From positions 7,250-71,249 of the forward strand of contig JAWKYA010000005.1 in the NCBI GenBank assembly GCA_041396725.1: DNA of 64,000 nt, read 5' to 3'. The notes beneath the pieces were generated by a model that was not told the origin of the DNA, searched no databases, and was given only the letters and a program-made list of their open reading frames with translations. Shown one piece after another: positions 27,797 to 37,887 of the stretch (positions within the stretch are counted from its first letter, which is position 1; each line of letters opens with the position of its first letter). Both the position numbers and the translations under genes were made by a program. This stretch comes from Alphaproteobacteria bacterium. GTDB lineage: Bacteria > Pseudomonadota > Alphaproteobacteria > JAWKYA01.

Positions 27797-28605
27797 CGGA
27801 GAGCTTTCAGGAAAAAAAGATGCCGTTAATCGAGCATCTCAGCGAATTGAGGCGACGTCTGATATACAGCCTAGTTGCTTTTATTGTCTTATTCTTTGTG
27901 GCGTATGCAATTCATCAGCAAATGTTTGATTTTCTGGTCGAGCCTCTGGCAAGAATTCTTGAGGAGAACCATGCCGGTGGTCAAGTCCGGCGTCTGATTT
28001 TTACGGCTCCCCAGGAAGCGTTTTTCACGAATGTTAAAATTGCTTTCTTTGCTGCCGCTTTTTTATCTTTTCCTATTGTTGCATCGCAGGTTTGGATGTT
28101 CGTTGCGCCAGGTCTTTATCGCCATGAAAAGAAGGCGTTCTTGCCGTTTCTGGTGGCAACACCCTTATTATTCATTCTTGGTGGCGCTATGGTTTATTAT
28201 ATGGTGATGCCGGTTGCTTATCGCTTCTTTCTGAGTTTTGAAACCAGCGGTGCTCCAGGAAAGTTACCGATTCAGCTTGAAACGCGCGTTTCGGAATACC
28301 TGGCTCTATCCATGCAGCTTATTTTTGCCTTCGGCCTGTGCTTTGAGTTGCCCGTGCTGATGACCTTGCTGGCACGCGTGGGAATCGTTACAGCAAAAGG
28401 TCTTGCCGCCAAACGACGTTATGCCATCGTTATTGCCTTTGTCGTCGCTGCTATTCTGACGCCACCAGACGTTATCAGCCAGGTCATGCTGGCGCTTCCG
28501 ATTCTGATTTTATACGAAATCTCAATACTCTGTGCGCGGATGGCGGAAAAAGGACGGGCGGCGCGACTCACGACCTTAGATACGGATGCTTCCGAAGACC
28601 TGTAA
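27793..28605 (+). CDS. tatC: Twin-arginine translocase subunit TatC
   Basis: 270 aa, six TM helices. MPLIEHLSELRRRL N-terminus. Start overlaps the tatB stop. Confidence 0.93.
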   Translation: MTESFQEKKMPLIEHLSELRRRLIYSLVAFIVLFFVAYAIHQQMFDFLVEPLARILEENHAGGQVRRLIFTAPQEAFFTNVKIAFFAAAFLSFPIVASQVWMFVAPGLYRHEKKAFLPFLVATPLLFILGGAMVYYMVMPVAYRFFLSFETSGAPGKLPIQLETRVSEYLALSMQLIFAFGLCFELPVLMTLLARVGIVTAKGLAAKRRYAIVIAFVVAAILTPPDVISQVMLALPILILYEISILCARMAEKGRAARLTTLDTDASEDL

Positions 28606-28693
28606 GACTAGACGAAAGGTGCTACCCTCCGTATAAAGGGGGTAAGGGTGGTTCTACCCTCAATATCTTGTAGTTAGGAGATAACCGGCACCC

Positions 28694-29971
28694 ATGCTGG
28701 ATCTAAAGGCGATTCGCGAAACCCCTGATGCGGTTGATCGTGCTCTTGCCAAACGTGGTATTTCTTTGGCTGCAACTCATCTGCTTTCTTTAGATAGTCA
28801 GCACCGGAATCAACAAACGGCTGTGCAGCAAATGCAGGCGCGCCGCAACGATATTTCACGCCAGGTTGGAGAATTGAAGCGTCGAGGCGAGAACGCCGAT
28901 GCTTTAATGGCTGAAGTTACTTCCCTCAAAGATCAAATGGCTGCGGCTGAAGCTCAAGAACAGAAGTTATCGGAACTTCTTGAGGCGGAGTTAGCGCGCC
29001 TACCAAATTTACCAGCTGATGATGTGCCCGAAGGGAAAGATGAGGCTGCAAATGTCGTTGTGCGTACCGTCGGTAAGTCCAAGGATTTCTCATTTACTGC
29101 GCGCGAACACGATGAATTAGGAACAGCCCTAGGCTTAATGGATTTTGAAACGGCAGCTAAAATATCCGGTGCAAGATTCGTTGTCTTAAAAGGTGCCTTG
29201 GTACGGCTTGAACGTGCTTTGGCGGCTTTTATGCTGGACTTGCACACTAAAGAATTTGGGTATACCGAAATCGCGCCACCGTTATTGGTGCGCGATGAAA
29301 GTCTTTATGGGACGGGTCAGCTTCCAAAATTCTCTGAAGATCTGTTTAAAACGACATCGGGATTATGGCTTATTCCTACATCCGAAGTTTCTTTAACCAA
29401 TGTGGTTGCTGACACAATTGTTTCCGAGGATGATCTGCCAATTCGGATGACTGCCTATACGCCGTGCTTTCGCTCCGAAGCTGGTGCCGCCGGAAAAGAT
29501 ACGCGCGGTATGATACGCCAGCATCAGTTTACGAAGGTAGAGCTTGTCTCAATCGCTCACCCCGATAAATCGGATGAGGAACATGAGCGGATGACGGCTT
29601 GTGCTGAAGAAGTTTTAAAGCGATTAGAGCTCCCCTATCGTGTAGCACTCTTATGCGCAGGAGATATGGGGTTTTCAGCGCGCAAGACATATGATCTCGA
29701 AGTATGGCTACCTGGGCAAAAAAGGTACCGTGAAATTTCTAGTTGCTCTAATTGCGGTGATTTCCAGGCGCGGCGGATGAAGGCTCGATTGCGCAGTGCC
29801 GGCAGCAAGAACACACGATTCGTCCATACACTCAATGGTTCGGGCCTTGCGGTAGGCCGGACTTTGGTGGCGATTCTTGAAAACTACCAACAAGAAAATG
29901 GAATGATCACTATGCCAGCAGTTTTGCAACCTTATATGGACGGTATCAAGGTTATATCGTCTCATGGCTAA
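28694..29971 (+). CDS. serS: Serine--tRNA ligase
   Basis: 425 aa. Coiled-coil N-terminal arm, class II motifs ([15 protein letters not shown]). Confidence 0.95.
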   Translation: MLDLKAIRETPDAVDRALAKRGISLAATHLLSLDSQHRNQQTAVQQMQARRNDISRQVGELKRRGENADALMAEVTSLKDQMAAAEAQEQKLSELLEAELARLPNLPADDVPEGKDEAANVVVRTVGKSKDFSFTAREHDELGTALGLMDFETAAKISGARFVVLKGALVRLERALAAFMLDLHTKEFGYTEIAPPLLVRDESLYGTGQLPKFSEDLFKTTSGLWLIPTSEVSLTNVVADTIVSEDDLPIRMTAYTPCFRSEAGAAGKDTRGMIRQHQFTKVELVSIAHPDKSDEEHERMTACAEEVLKRLELPYRVALLCAGDMGFSARKTYDLEVWLPGQKRYREISSCSNCGDFQARRMKARLRSAGSKNTRFVHTLNGSGLAVGRTLVAILENYQQENGMITMPAVLQPYMDGIKVISSHG

Positions 29972-30752
29972 GCTCATCGACCTTACGCATGCTCGGATTC
30001 TCGTTACTAATGATGATGGTATAGAGGCAGAAGGGCTTCGTGTACTTGAAGCGATTGCTCGCAGCTTATCGCACGATGTTTGGGTTGTAGCTCCGGCAAC
30101 GGAACAATCTGGTGTTAGCCATTCGTTGTCATTACATACACCAGTACGGCTTTTGCCCTCGGGCGACAAACGCTTTGCTGTTACGGGAAGTCCCACCGAT
30201 GCGGTTTTGATGGCCGTGAGCCACCTGATGAAGGATACGCCTCCTACTTTATGTTTATCAGGGGTTAATCGTGGCGGAAACTTAGCCGAAGATGTGACCT
30301 ATTCCGGCACAGTAGCCGCTGCAATGGAGGCGACCTTATTAGGTATTCCCGCTATTGCTTTCAGCCAAACCTACCGTGATGCGGCAGATATCAAATGGCA
30401 GGTAGCTGAACGTTATGCACCAGAAATTATTCGCAAACTCGCCAAGGTGGCCTGGCCAACCGATGTCCTATACAACGTAAACTTTCCTAATATTGAGCCC
30501 GATCAAGTTGTAGCAATTACGCCCACAGTACAAGGCCGCCGTGATATTGTAGGCCGTCTGCACGAGCGTGTAGATCCTCGTGGTCGGCCATATTTCTGGA
30601 TTGGCCCCCTTGGCCACCATACGAGAGAATACCCAGAGACTGGCACGGATATTGTTGCCATGCGCGAGCATAAAATATCGATTACGCCAATTGGGTTGGA
30701 TATGACGCACTATAAAACCTTGGCAGTTTTACGTGAGGGAGGTCTTGGATGA
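29964..30752 (+). CDS. surE: 5'/3'-nucleotidase SurE
   Basis: 262 aa. [14 protein letters not shown]..., SGVNRGGN. Overlaps the serS end. Confidence 0.93.
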   Translation: MAKLIDLTHARILVTNDDGIEAEGLRVLEAIARSLSHDVWVVAPATEQSGVSHSLSLHTPVRLLPSGDKRFAVTGSPTDAVLMAVSHLMKDTPPTLCLSGVNRGGNLAEDVTYSGTVAAAMEATLLGIPAIAFSQTYRDAADIKWQVAERYAPEIIRKLAKVAWPTDVLYNVNFPNIEPDQVVAITPTVQGRRDIVGRLHERVDPRGRPYFWIGPLGHHTREYPETGTDIVAMREHKISITPIGLDMTHYKTLAVLREGGLG

Positions 30753-31407
30753 CAGCCCCGACACGCAAGCTTCGTCTTATTATGGAGCTGCGGCGCGAAG
30801 GTATTACTAACAAAGATGTTCTAGCGGCGATTGAGCGAACGCCACGCGATATTTTCTTGCCTCCTACCTTTAAAGCCAGAGCCTATGAAAACACAGCTTT
30901 ACCGATCGGCCATGGACAGACCATTAGCCAACCACTTGTAGTCGCGATGATGACAGAGAGGCTCTTCAGCTTAATGATCGGATGAAGGTTCTCGAGATTG
31001 GAACGCCCGGACCCCCCCCGGGGACTCCCCAAGCTTTTTTGGCTCGCCCTTCAAGCCGATTATACACAATCGAGCGTCAAAAACCTTTACTCGATGAGGC
31101 GCTGACTCGATTTAGTGCTCTCCGATTACATAATATTACCGCAAAGTTAGGAGATGGTCATCTTGGGTGGCCGGGGCAGCAACCGTTTCATGCTATTCTG
31201 ATCACCTGTGCAACGACCGAGATTCCATCTGGCTTATTTAATCAATTAGCGGAGGGTGGTGTTTTGGTTGCACCCGTCGGTGATATGCGCCAACCTCAGC
31301 GATTATTGCGATATCGCCAGCAACAAACAGGAATTATCCCTGAGGATTTAGGGAGAGTTCGTTTTGTACCGTTTTTACCTGGGACGGTCGAGGAACAGTC
31401 GGCATGA
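30749..31407 (+). pseudogene. pcm: Protein-L-isoaspartate O-methyltransferase, frameshifted and with an aberrant SAM-binding motif I
   Basis: Track ORFs 30749..30985 and 30982..31407. The join is ...[15 protein letters not shown]|..[14 protein letters not shown]. Motif I reads VLEIGTPGPPPGTPQ instead of the VLEIGTGSGYQ expected for the family. The downstream GDGxxGWP and GGVLVAPVG are intact. Confidence 0.8.
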
Positions 31408-32768
31408 AGGTTATGAAGTTTTATAGATACGCATCTGTTGCCGGGTTAATTTTTTTGCTGACAGGTTGCTCAGGGACATCGAGTTTCTTTGGTGGCGATG
31501 GAAGTAAAACAGAGTCGACGGAAATACAGGCGCCTGTTAATGGTCAAATTACTGTTCAACGCGGGGATACGGTCTATGCGATCGCCCGGAAGTATGGCGT
31601 CCCTGTTCGCTCAATCATTGATACGAATAATCTAGAGCCGCCTTTTACTTTGACTGCAGGTCAAGCATTGAGCCTTCCAGCGGTCAAATACCATGTCGCT
31701 GAGCGAGGAGATACGGTTTATGGTGTGGCACGAGGTTATGGCGTTTCTCCCACCGAAGTTGTGCAGATTAATAATCTGCGAGCCCCCTATGCATTAACCC
31801 CTGGGCAGGAAGTGCGCCTCCCAGCTTATGCGGGCGTTCAGGGTGGCCTTCAGCCAAGGGTTAAGGTGCCAGGGCCTGTTTCAGGATCCGCCCAAACTGC
31901 GACGGCTACACCCTCATCAAACTATCCTACCGTGGTTGCTTCGGCGCCAACGGTGGCGTCACCTACAGTCCCGCGAACGTCATCACCGACAGCACCGGCG
32001 CCCACGGCTCCTCCTACACGGAACTCTCCAGCACCAACGACAGGTCAAACGCCGAGATCAACGGCGGCGTCGACACCAACGGTCATAACGCCATCGCCAT
32101 CGACGTCAGCGCGCCCATCATCATCTGTGTCTGCAAAGCCAGGTGAAGATCCTTATGCAAGTCAGAATGGTTCTTCCTCGGGGCAGCAAGCTATACCGCC
32201 TGTACCGATGGAGCCCGATCCTGTTGCATCGGCTCAGTCGCAGTCTTTACCGCCACCCCCCTTACCCGATACCCCTAGTATGCCAGCATCGACTGTATCA
32301 ACATCAACATCTTCATCGCCTACAGGCACTCAGGTGGCTGCTGTTCCAGCAAACACGGCTCATGAAGCGGATCCACCTCGTGAAAGCGGAGGGAGCTTCC
32401 TTTGGCCAATCAATGGCAAGGTTCTTTCGAATTTTGGTCCAAAGGATAATGGCCTGCATAACGACGGTATTAACATTGGTGCGCCGCGCGGGACCCCTAT
32501 CAAGGTTAGCGATAATGGGACTATAGCTTACGTTGGCAATGAGCTGCGGGGCTTTGGAAACCTGGTTTTAGTAAGACATGCCGATGGTTGGATTACAGCC
32601 TATGCGCACTGCGAGGAAATTATGGTGAAGGTCGGCGATCAAGTGAAGCGAGGACAAGTAGTTGCGCGCGTAGGATCAACCGGTGGTGTCGATCAACCCC
32701 AGCTTCACTTTGAGCTTCGTAAGGGCAAGCAGCCTGTCAATCCGCGTAGCTACCTGACCTTATCATAA
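31404..32768 (+). CDS. LysM-domain / M23 peptidase lipoprotein (NlpD-like)
   Basis: 454 aa. Lipobox LLTGC, two LysM repeats (VQRGDTVYAIARKYGV, AERGDTVYGVARGYGV), a Pro/Ser/Thr linker and a C-terminal M23 domain (GINIGAPRGTPI, HADGWITAYAH). Confidence 0.9.
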   Translation: MKVMKFYRYASVAGLIFLLTGCSGTSSFFGGDGSKTESTEIQAPVNGQITVQRGDTVYAIARKYGVPVRSIIDTNNLEPPFTLTAGQALSLPAVKYHVAERGDTVYGVARGYGVSPTEVVQINNLRAPYALTPGQEVRLPAYAGVQGGLQPRVKVPGPVSGSAQTATATPSSNYPTVVASAPTVASPTVPRTSSPTAPAPTAPPTRNSPAPTTGQTPRSTAASTPTVITPSPSTSARPSSSVSAKPGEDPYASQNGSSSGQQAIPPVPMEPDPVASAQSQSLPPPPLPDTPSMPASTVSTSTSSSPTGTQVAAVPANTAHEADPPRESGGSFLWPINGKVLSNFGPKDNGLHNDGINIGAPRGTPIKVSDNGTIAYVGNELRGFGNLVLVRHADGWITAYAHCEEIMVKVGDQVKRGQVVARVGSTGGVDQPQLHFELRKGKQPVNPRSYLTLS

Positions 32769-33625
32769 GGTTTTGGTAACGCCTAAACGCCCTGCAAGAT
32801 CTTGAATAAACTGCCAGGCAACACGGCCCGAACGGCTACCACGGGTCGTTGCCCATTCCGCGGCTTCGCGATGGAGCTGGGATGCATCAATCCGCAGCCC
32901 TAGTTTCTGAGCGTAGCCATCAATCATGGTAAAGTAAGTATTTTGATCGCAGTGATGAAAACCAAGCCATAAACCAAAGCGATCGGAGAGAGAGACTTTT
33001 TCCTCTACAGCTTCCCCTGGGGTAATAGCGGTTGAGCGCTCGTTATCGATCATATCCCGAGGCATTAAATGGCGCCGATTGATGTGGCATAAAGACAACA
33101 TTTTCTGGCCGACCTCAATTCCACCCTCGAGGCTGCTTTTAGCGATTTATAACTAGCGTCGTTGCCATCAAAAGAAAGATCATCACAAAAGACGATGAAG
33201 CGTTTTTTAGGTGGGGCTTTCCTTAAGACCCCTAAAAGGCGAGGTAAGGACGGAATATCCTCGCGGTGAATTTCTACTAAAACGAGGATTTTAGGTTGAT
33301 CGGCATCAATCGATGCATGTACAGCCTTTACCAGGGAACTCTTGCCCATACCCCGCGCGCCCCAAAGAAGGGCATTATTGGCTGGTAGACCCCGGGTGAA
33401 GCGATGGGTATTCTCTAGGAGAATATCGCGCTGTTGCTCAATTCCTTGTAGTAGATCCAAGGGAACTCGATTGATTTGGGGGATCGGCTCCAACCAGTCC
33501 GTTTCGGCATGCCATACAAAGCCTGAGGCCTTCTCAAAATCGCTCTCGGGGGGTGGTGCTGGTGTCAACCGATCTAAAGCCTCGGCAATACGGGTTAATA
33601 AGAGAGAGATATCTGGTTGCGACAT
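32763..33625 (-). pseudogene. DUF815-family AAA ATPase (conserved upstream of yajC), frameshifted
   Basis: Track ORFs 33065..33802 and 32763..33101. Walker A GARGMGKSS. The real start is the ATG at 33625 (MSQPDISLL). The conserved LEGGIEV / LYATS / NRRHLMPR segments alternate between two frames within 33078-33135. Confidence 0.8.
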
Positions 33626-33801
33626 AAAATTACACAAGATTGAGGAAAATTCGTTGATAATAGGACAGAATCGTACAGATTCTCCCCATCCGGCGAGGTT
33701 GCAAATCTGCCTATGACGGTTATAGTCCGCCATCCGCGATTTCCCAGTAGGGAGTTTAGCTGGACAATGAAGCTTATCTAACAAGCCAGGAGCGGCCAAC
33801 A

Positions 33802-34188
33802 ATGTTTTTTATTTCTTCTGCTTATGCTCAGGGGACGGCGCCAGCAGCTGCTTCTGATACAAGCGCCCTTATTATGCAGTTTCTGCCCTTTGTTCTTATT
33901 TTTGTTGTTTTCTATCTATTGTTAATACGTCCTCAACAACGGAAAGCACGCGAACATCGTGCCAAACTAGAGGCTATTCGCCGCGGCGATCGTGTTTTGC
34001 TTGGGGGTGGTATCATAGGGAAGGTTACCAAATCTGGTACGGACGAGCTCGAGGTTGAAATTGCCGATGATGTGCGCGTGAGCGTTATAAGAGGCACTAT
34101 TGCTGAAGTTTTCAATAAGACAGAGCCAACGGCACCCAAGGGTGGTGATCCAAAAAAGACGGATACCTCTGGGCGGGACGAGAAGTAA
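33802..34188 (+). CDS. yajC: Preprotein translocase subunit YajC
   Basis: 128 aa. FLPFVLIFVVFYLLLIRPQQRKAREH...GDRVLLGGGIIGKV. Confidence 0.92.
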   Translation: MFFISSAYAQGTAPAAASDTSALIMQFLPFVLIFVVFYLLLIRPQQRKAREHRAKLEAIRRGDRVLLGGGIIGKVTKSGTDELEVEIADDVRVSVIRGTIAEVFNKTEPTAPKGGDPKKTDTSGRDEK

Positions 34189-34227
34189 GCGCATAGATTT
34201 CACTGAGATGAATTGGATCGATCGGCA

Positions 34228-35760
34228 ATGATTCATATCCCTAGATGGCAAGCAATCGCGATTGTATCGCTTTGCTTTATCGGCATCATCTTTTCTCTTC
34301 CCAATCTTTTTGGCCGTAAGACGATGGAAACGCTACCTAATTGGATTCCTCATCGCCAAGTAAGCTTGGGTCTCGATTTGCAAGGGGGGTCTTATATTCT
34401 TCTTGAGGTCGATTTGGATCGCGCCCTTGCGGAGTATACGGACAGTCTTCTCGAAGAAATTCGGGGCGTATTGCGGGAGAAGCAAATCGCCTTCACCAAT
34501 CTTTCTGTTGAAAATGGCAGTGTTGCTATAGCGCTGCGCGATGTTGCTCAGGCCTCTGCGGCACGGGAGGCTATTCGCACGATAACGGCGAGTTCTGGGA
34601 TTACGGAACCTAGCATAGGGAAGATCCTTGTCCGTCCATCCGAAGCAGAAATTACAGCGCGTAAAAAGCAAATTGTCGATCAGTCCGTTGAAATTGTCAG
34701 GCGCCGAGTTGACGAGACGGGTACGAAGGAATCCAGTATTCAGCGCCAAGGCGATCGGCGCGTTATTGTTGAACTCCCCGGATATGATGACCCACAGCGA
34801 ATGAAAGAGCTTATTGGAAAGACGGCTAAACTCACCTTCCATCTCGTTGAAGAACCCGGTACGCCAGGGACAAAAATCTTAGATTCTGAGGAGGCCGGGG
34901 GTGGGAAGTACACGATAAATCGTCGCATTATTGTTTCAGGTGAAAACCTGACAGATGCGCAACCAACCTATGTAGATGGTCAGCCTGTTGTGAGCTTTCG
35001 GTTTGATTCCACAGGTGCGCGACGCTTTGGTGATGCGACCCAGAAAAATGTTCATAGATTTCTGGCTATCGTCTTGGATGATAAAGTCATTAGCGCCCCA
35101 ACCATTCGTGAACCAATCCTGGGAGGGAGCGGCATTATTTCCGGCCATTTTACACCACAGTCTGCCAGTGATTTAGCGCTGTTACTGCGCGCCGGTGCCT
35201 TGCCAGCACCACTTAAAGTCTTAGAAGAGCGGACGGTTGGTCCAGGCCTTGGCGCAGATTCTATTGCTGCAGGAACAGTCGCCTGTTTGATTGGCTACGG
35301 GCTGATTGCATTGTTGATGGTTATTGGCTATGGGCTTTTTGGGATTTTTGCCAATATTGCTCTGCTCTTAAACTTGGCGTTTACCTTAGCAATCATGGCA
35401 CTCTTAGGGGCGACCCTAACCTTACCAGGTATAGCGGGTATCGTTTTGGGGTTAGCGATGGCGGTCGATGCTAATGTTTTGATTTTCGAGCGCATGCGCG
35501 AGGAAGTGCGGTTTGGAAGATCGCCGTTTCCCGCGGTCGATAATGCCTTTCAGCGTGCCTACGTTACTATTCTTGACTCAAATGTCACGACGCTTATTGC
35601 AGCAATTATTCTATATATCCTCGGTACAGGTGCTGTGCGCGGGTTTGCTGTTACTTTAGCTATTGGGATTGCAGCTTCGATGTTCACAGCCGTTACGGTT
35701 AGTAGGTTTATGGTGGTTTCTTGGCTGGTATGGCGCCGGCCCGCAGAATTACCGCTTTAA
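34228..35760 (+). CDS. secD: Protein translocase subunit SecD
   Basis: The track ORF starts at TTG 34213; the ATG at 34228 (MIHIPRWQAIAIV) is more likely. LGLDLQGG motif, and six C-terminal TM helices. Confidence 0.93.
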   Translation: MIHIPRWQAIAIVSLCFIGIIFSLPNLFGRKTMETLPNWIPHRQVSLGLDLQGGSYILLEVDLDRALAEYTDSLLEEIRGVLREKQIAFTNLSVENGSVAIALRDVAQASAAREAIRTITASSGITEPSIGKILVRPSEAEITARKKQIVDQSVEIVRRRVDETGTKESSIQRQGDRRVIVELPGYDDPQRMKELIGKTAKLTFHLVEEPGTPGTKILDSEEAGGGKYTINRRIIVSGENLTDAQPTYVDGQPVVSFRFDSTGARRFGDATQKNVHRFLAIVLDDKVISAPTIREPILGGSGIISGHFTPQSASDLALLLRAGALPAPLKVLEERTVGPGLGADSIAAGTVACLIGYGLIALLMVIGYGLFGIFANIALLLNLAFTLAIMALLGATLTLPGIAGIVLGLAMAVDANVLIFERMREEVRFGRSPFPAVDNAFQRAYVTILDSNVTTLIAAIILYILGTGAVRGFAVTLAIGIAASMFTAVTVSRFMVVSWLVWRRPAELPL

Positions 35761-35775
35761 GATGGAGGGCATATA

Positions 35776-36708
35776 GTGTTCCGTCCAATTCAGCTTATTG
35801 ATAAAGTTCCGTCCCTTGATTTTTTTCGCTGGCATAGGGCCTGCTTTGCGCTATCGATCATCCTTTGTGCCATTTCTGTCATCTCTCTCGCGACCCGTGG
35901 ATTAAGCTATGGCGTCGATTTTGCCGGAGGGATTCTCATTGAAGCTAAAACCTCCGGTCCGGCCGATATTGCGGAACTACGCGGCAAGCTGGGTGCTCTC
36001 AATTTGGGTGATGTCTCACTAACAAGCTTCGGTGCGCCTGATGTTGTTTTGATCCGTGTTCAGCAATCGAGTGAGGCGACGGAGGGTACTGAAATGAAGG
36101 CGGTTGAGCAGGTCCGCTCGGCGCTTGGTGCTGGTGTCGAGTATCGGCGGGTAGAGGTTGTAGGGCCGCGCGTAGGAGCTGAATTGGTTATAAAGGGCGC
36201 TCTAGCGATTGCCTTATCCCTTGTAGGGATCATGCTTTACATGGCGATTCGGTATGGCTGGCGCGCGGGGCTTACCGGTGTTATCGCGATATTGCATGAT
36301 TGTTTGACGACGGTTGGTCTCTTTTCTGTGACGGGTATGCAGTTTGACTTGAATGTTGTTGCAGCCGTTGTTGCTATTGCGGGTTTCTCTATTAACGATA
36401 CGGTGGTTATTGACGACCGAATTCGGGAAAATCTCCGAAAGTATAAACGTATGGATTTCCGAGATCTGATTAATCAGTCGGTTAATGAAACAATGGCCCG
36501 GACATTAGTGACCAACGGTCTAGTTTTGCTGGCTGTTTTAGCCCTGGTGCTATTTGGTGGACCTGTTCTCTTCAGCTTCAGTATCGCCATGTTGTGGGGT
36601 GTGGTCTTAGGGACATATTCGACAATTTACGTCGCGGCACCTTTAGAATGGTACATTTCTGGCCGTGGACGCCATATGCATGGTTCTCACGAAGCAGAGC
36701 CGGCTTAA
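35776..36708 (+). CDS. secF: Protein translocase subunit SecF
   Basis: 310 aa, GTG start. GVDFAGG motif, SecD/F C-terminal TM bundle. Confidence 0.93.
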   Translation: MFRPIQLIDKVPSLDFFRWHRACFALSIILCAISVISLATRGLSYGVDFAGGILIEAKTSGPADIAELRGKLGALNLGDVSLTSFGAPDVVLIRVQQSSEATEGTEMKAVEQVRSALGAGVEYRRVEVVGPRVGAELVIKGALAIALSLVGIMLYMAIRYGWRAGLTGVIAILHDCLTTVGLFSVTGMQFDLNVVAAVVAIAGFSINDTVVIDDRIRENLRKYKRMDFRDLINQSVNETMARTLVTNGLVLLAVLALVLFGGPVLFSFSIAMLWGVVLGTYSTIYVAAPLEWYISGRGRHMHGSHEAEPA

Positions 36709-36731
36709 TTCTAAAACGGCTAGGAGGCGCT

Positions 36732-37112
36732 ATGGACTTAACCCCGTTAGTGCCATCCGGGAAGCATGTGGCTCAGCGATATGGGAATGGCCGCTTTGTC
36801 ATTGCCGGAATAGCTTATCCGCATTCGATCTTGCTTTCCCCATACGAGGTACTGCCTTGGGCAATTCAGAGTCTAGAACAGGTTACCCTGGAAGGGATTA
36901 AGCCGATTTTAGGCTCCCAGCAAAATGCCACACTGGAGCTTCTCCTTCTTGGATGCGGTAAGAGCTTTTCGCCGCCACCTCGAGGGCTGCGCCAAGAGTT
37001 AGAAGCTTTGGGGACGGCTCTTGAGCCCATGGACACAGGCGCCGCGTGCCGGACTTTCAATGTTTTAGCATCGGAAGATCGGCGTGTTGCGGCTGCCCTT
37101 ATTTGCATTTAA
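36732..37112 (+). CDS. Mth938-domain protein (DUF498; NDUFAF3-like)
   Basis: The ATG at 36732 is preceded by AGGAGG; the track ORF (36594) begins inside secF. ...YGNGRFVIAGIAYPHSILLSP...LELLLLGCG...LEPMDTGAACRTFNVLASEDRRVAAAL. Confidence 0.75.
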   Translation: MDLTPLVPSGKHVAQRYGNGRFVIAGIAYPHSILLSPYEVLPWAIQSLEQVTLEGIKPILGSQQNATLELLLLGCGKSFSPPPRGLRQELEALGTALEPMDTGAACRTFNVLASEDRRVAAALICI

Positions 37113-37156
37113 CTCTTTGTGTTAAGTAAATGGGGTAACTCTCTATTTTTCATATA

Positions 37157-37747
37157 TTATATGTTGTTTGAGGCAAAGTCCCAATTGATGAGGTGACTTA
37201 AGAAAGCGTCGATGAAATCGGGACGCTTATTTTGATAATCAAGATAGTAAGCATGCTCCCAAACGTCGCAGGTGAGAACCGCCTTCTGACCATGCATCAT
37301 AGGAAGATCTGCATTGCCAGTCTTGGTAACCTTGAGTTTGTTTCCATCAAGTACCAGCCAGGCCCAGCCACTGCCAAACTGAGTAGTCGCCGCTGTTTTA
37401 AACTCAGTTTTAAAACTGTCCAAAGAACCAAAGTCAGCATTGATCTTTTCAGCAATTTTACCTGTTGGTGCGCCACCGCCCTTAGGTTTCATACTATGCC
37501 AAAAGAAAGTATGGTTCCAAACTTGGGCAGCATTATTAAAAATGCCAACTTTGGCGGCATCTCCTTTGACCGCCATAATAACTTCTTCAAGGCTTTTGCC
37601 AGCTAAAGGGTTATCCTTCAAAAGGTTATTAAGATTCGTTACATAGGTTTGATGATGTTTTCCATAATGAAAGCTCATAGTTTGTGCGGAAATATGCGGA
37701 GCCAAAGCATCTTGAGCATAAGGAAGAGGAGGGAGTTCAAAAGCCAT
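37157..37747 (-). CDS. sodB: Fe/Mn-family superoxide dismutase
   Basis: 196 aa. MAFELPPLPYAQDALAPHIS...FHYGKHH...DVWEHAYYLDYQN. Confidence 0.95.
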   Translation of the reverse strand: MAFELPPLPYAQDALAPHISAQTMSFHYGKHHQTYVTNLNNLLKDNPLAGKSLEEVIMAVKGDAAKVGIFNNAAQVWNHTFFWHSMKPKGGGAPTGKIAEKINADFGSLDSFKTEFKTAATTQFGSGWAWLVLDGNKLKVTKTGNADLPMMHGQKAVLTCDVWEHAYYLDYQNKRPDFIDAFLSHLINWDFASNNI

Positions 37748-37887
37748 GGGAAGGCTCCTTTCTATTATGACACTATGTTGCGTGCTGATCTGAAAACTAA
37801 AGCAAGCCTTGAGGCTATGCCAGCATTGCTCGAAAGAAAAGCCCTGTTCGTCAGGAAGTTTTTTTCACCCCAATCAGGGAACCAATA

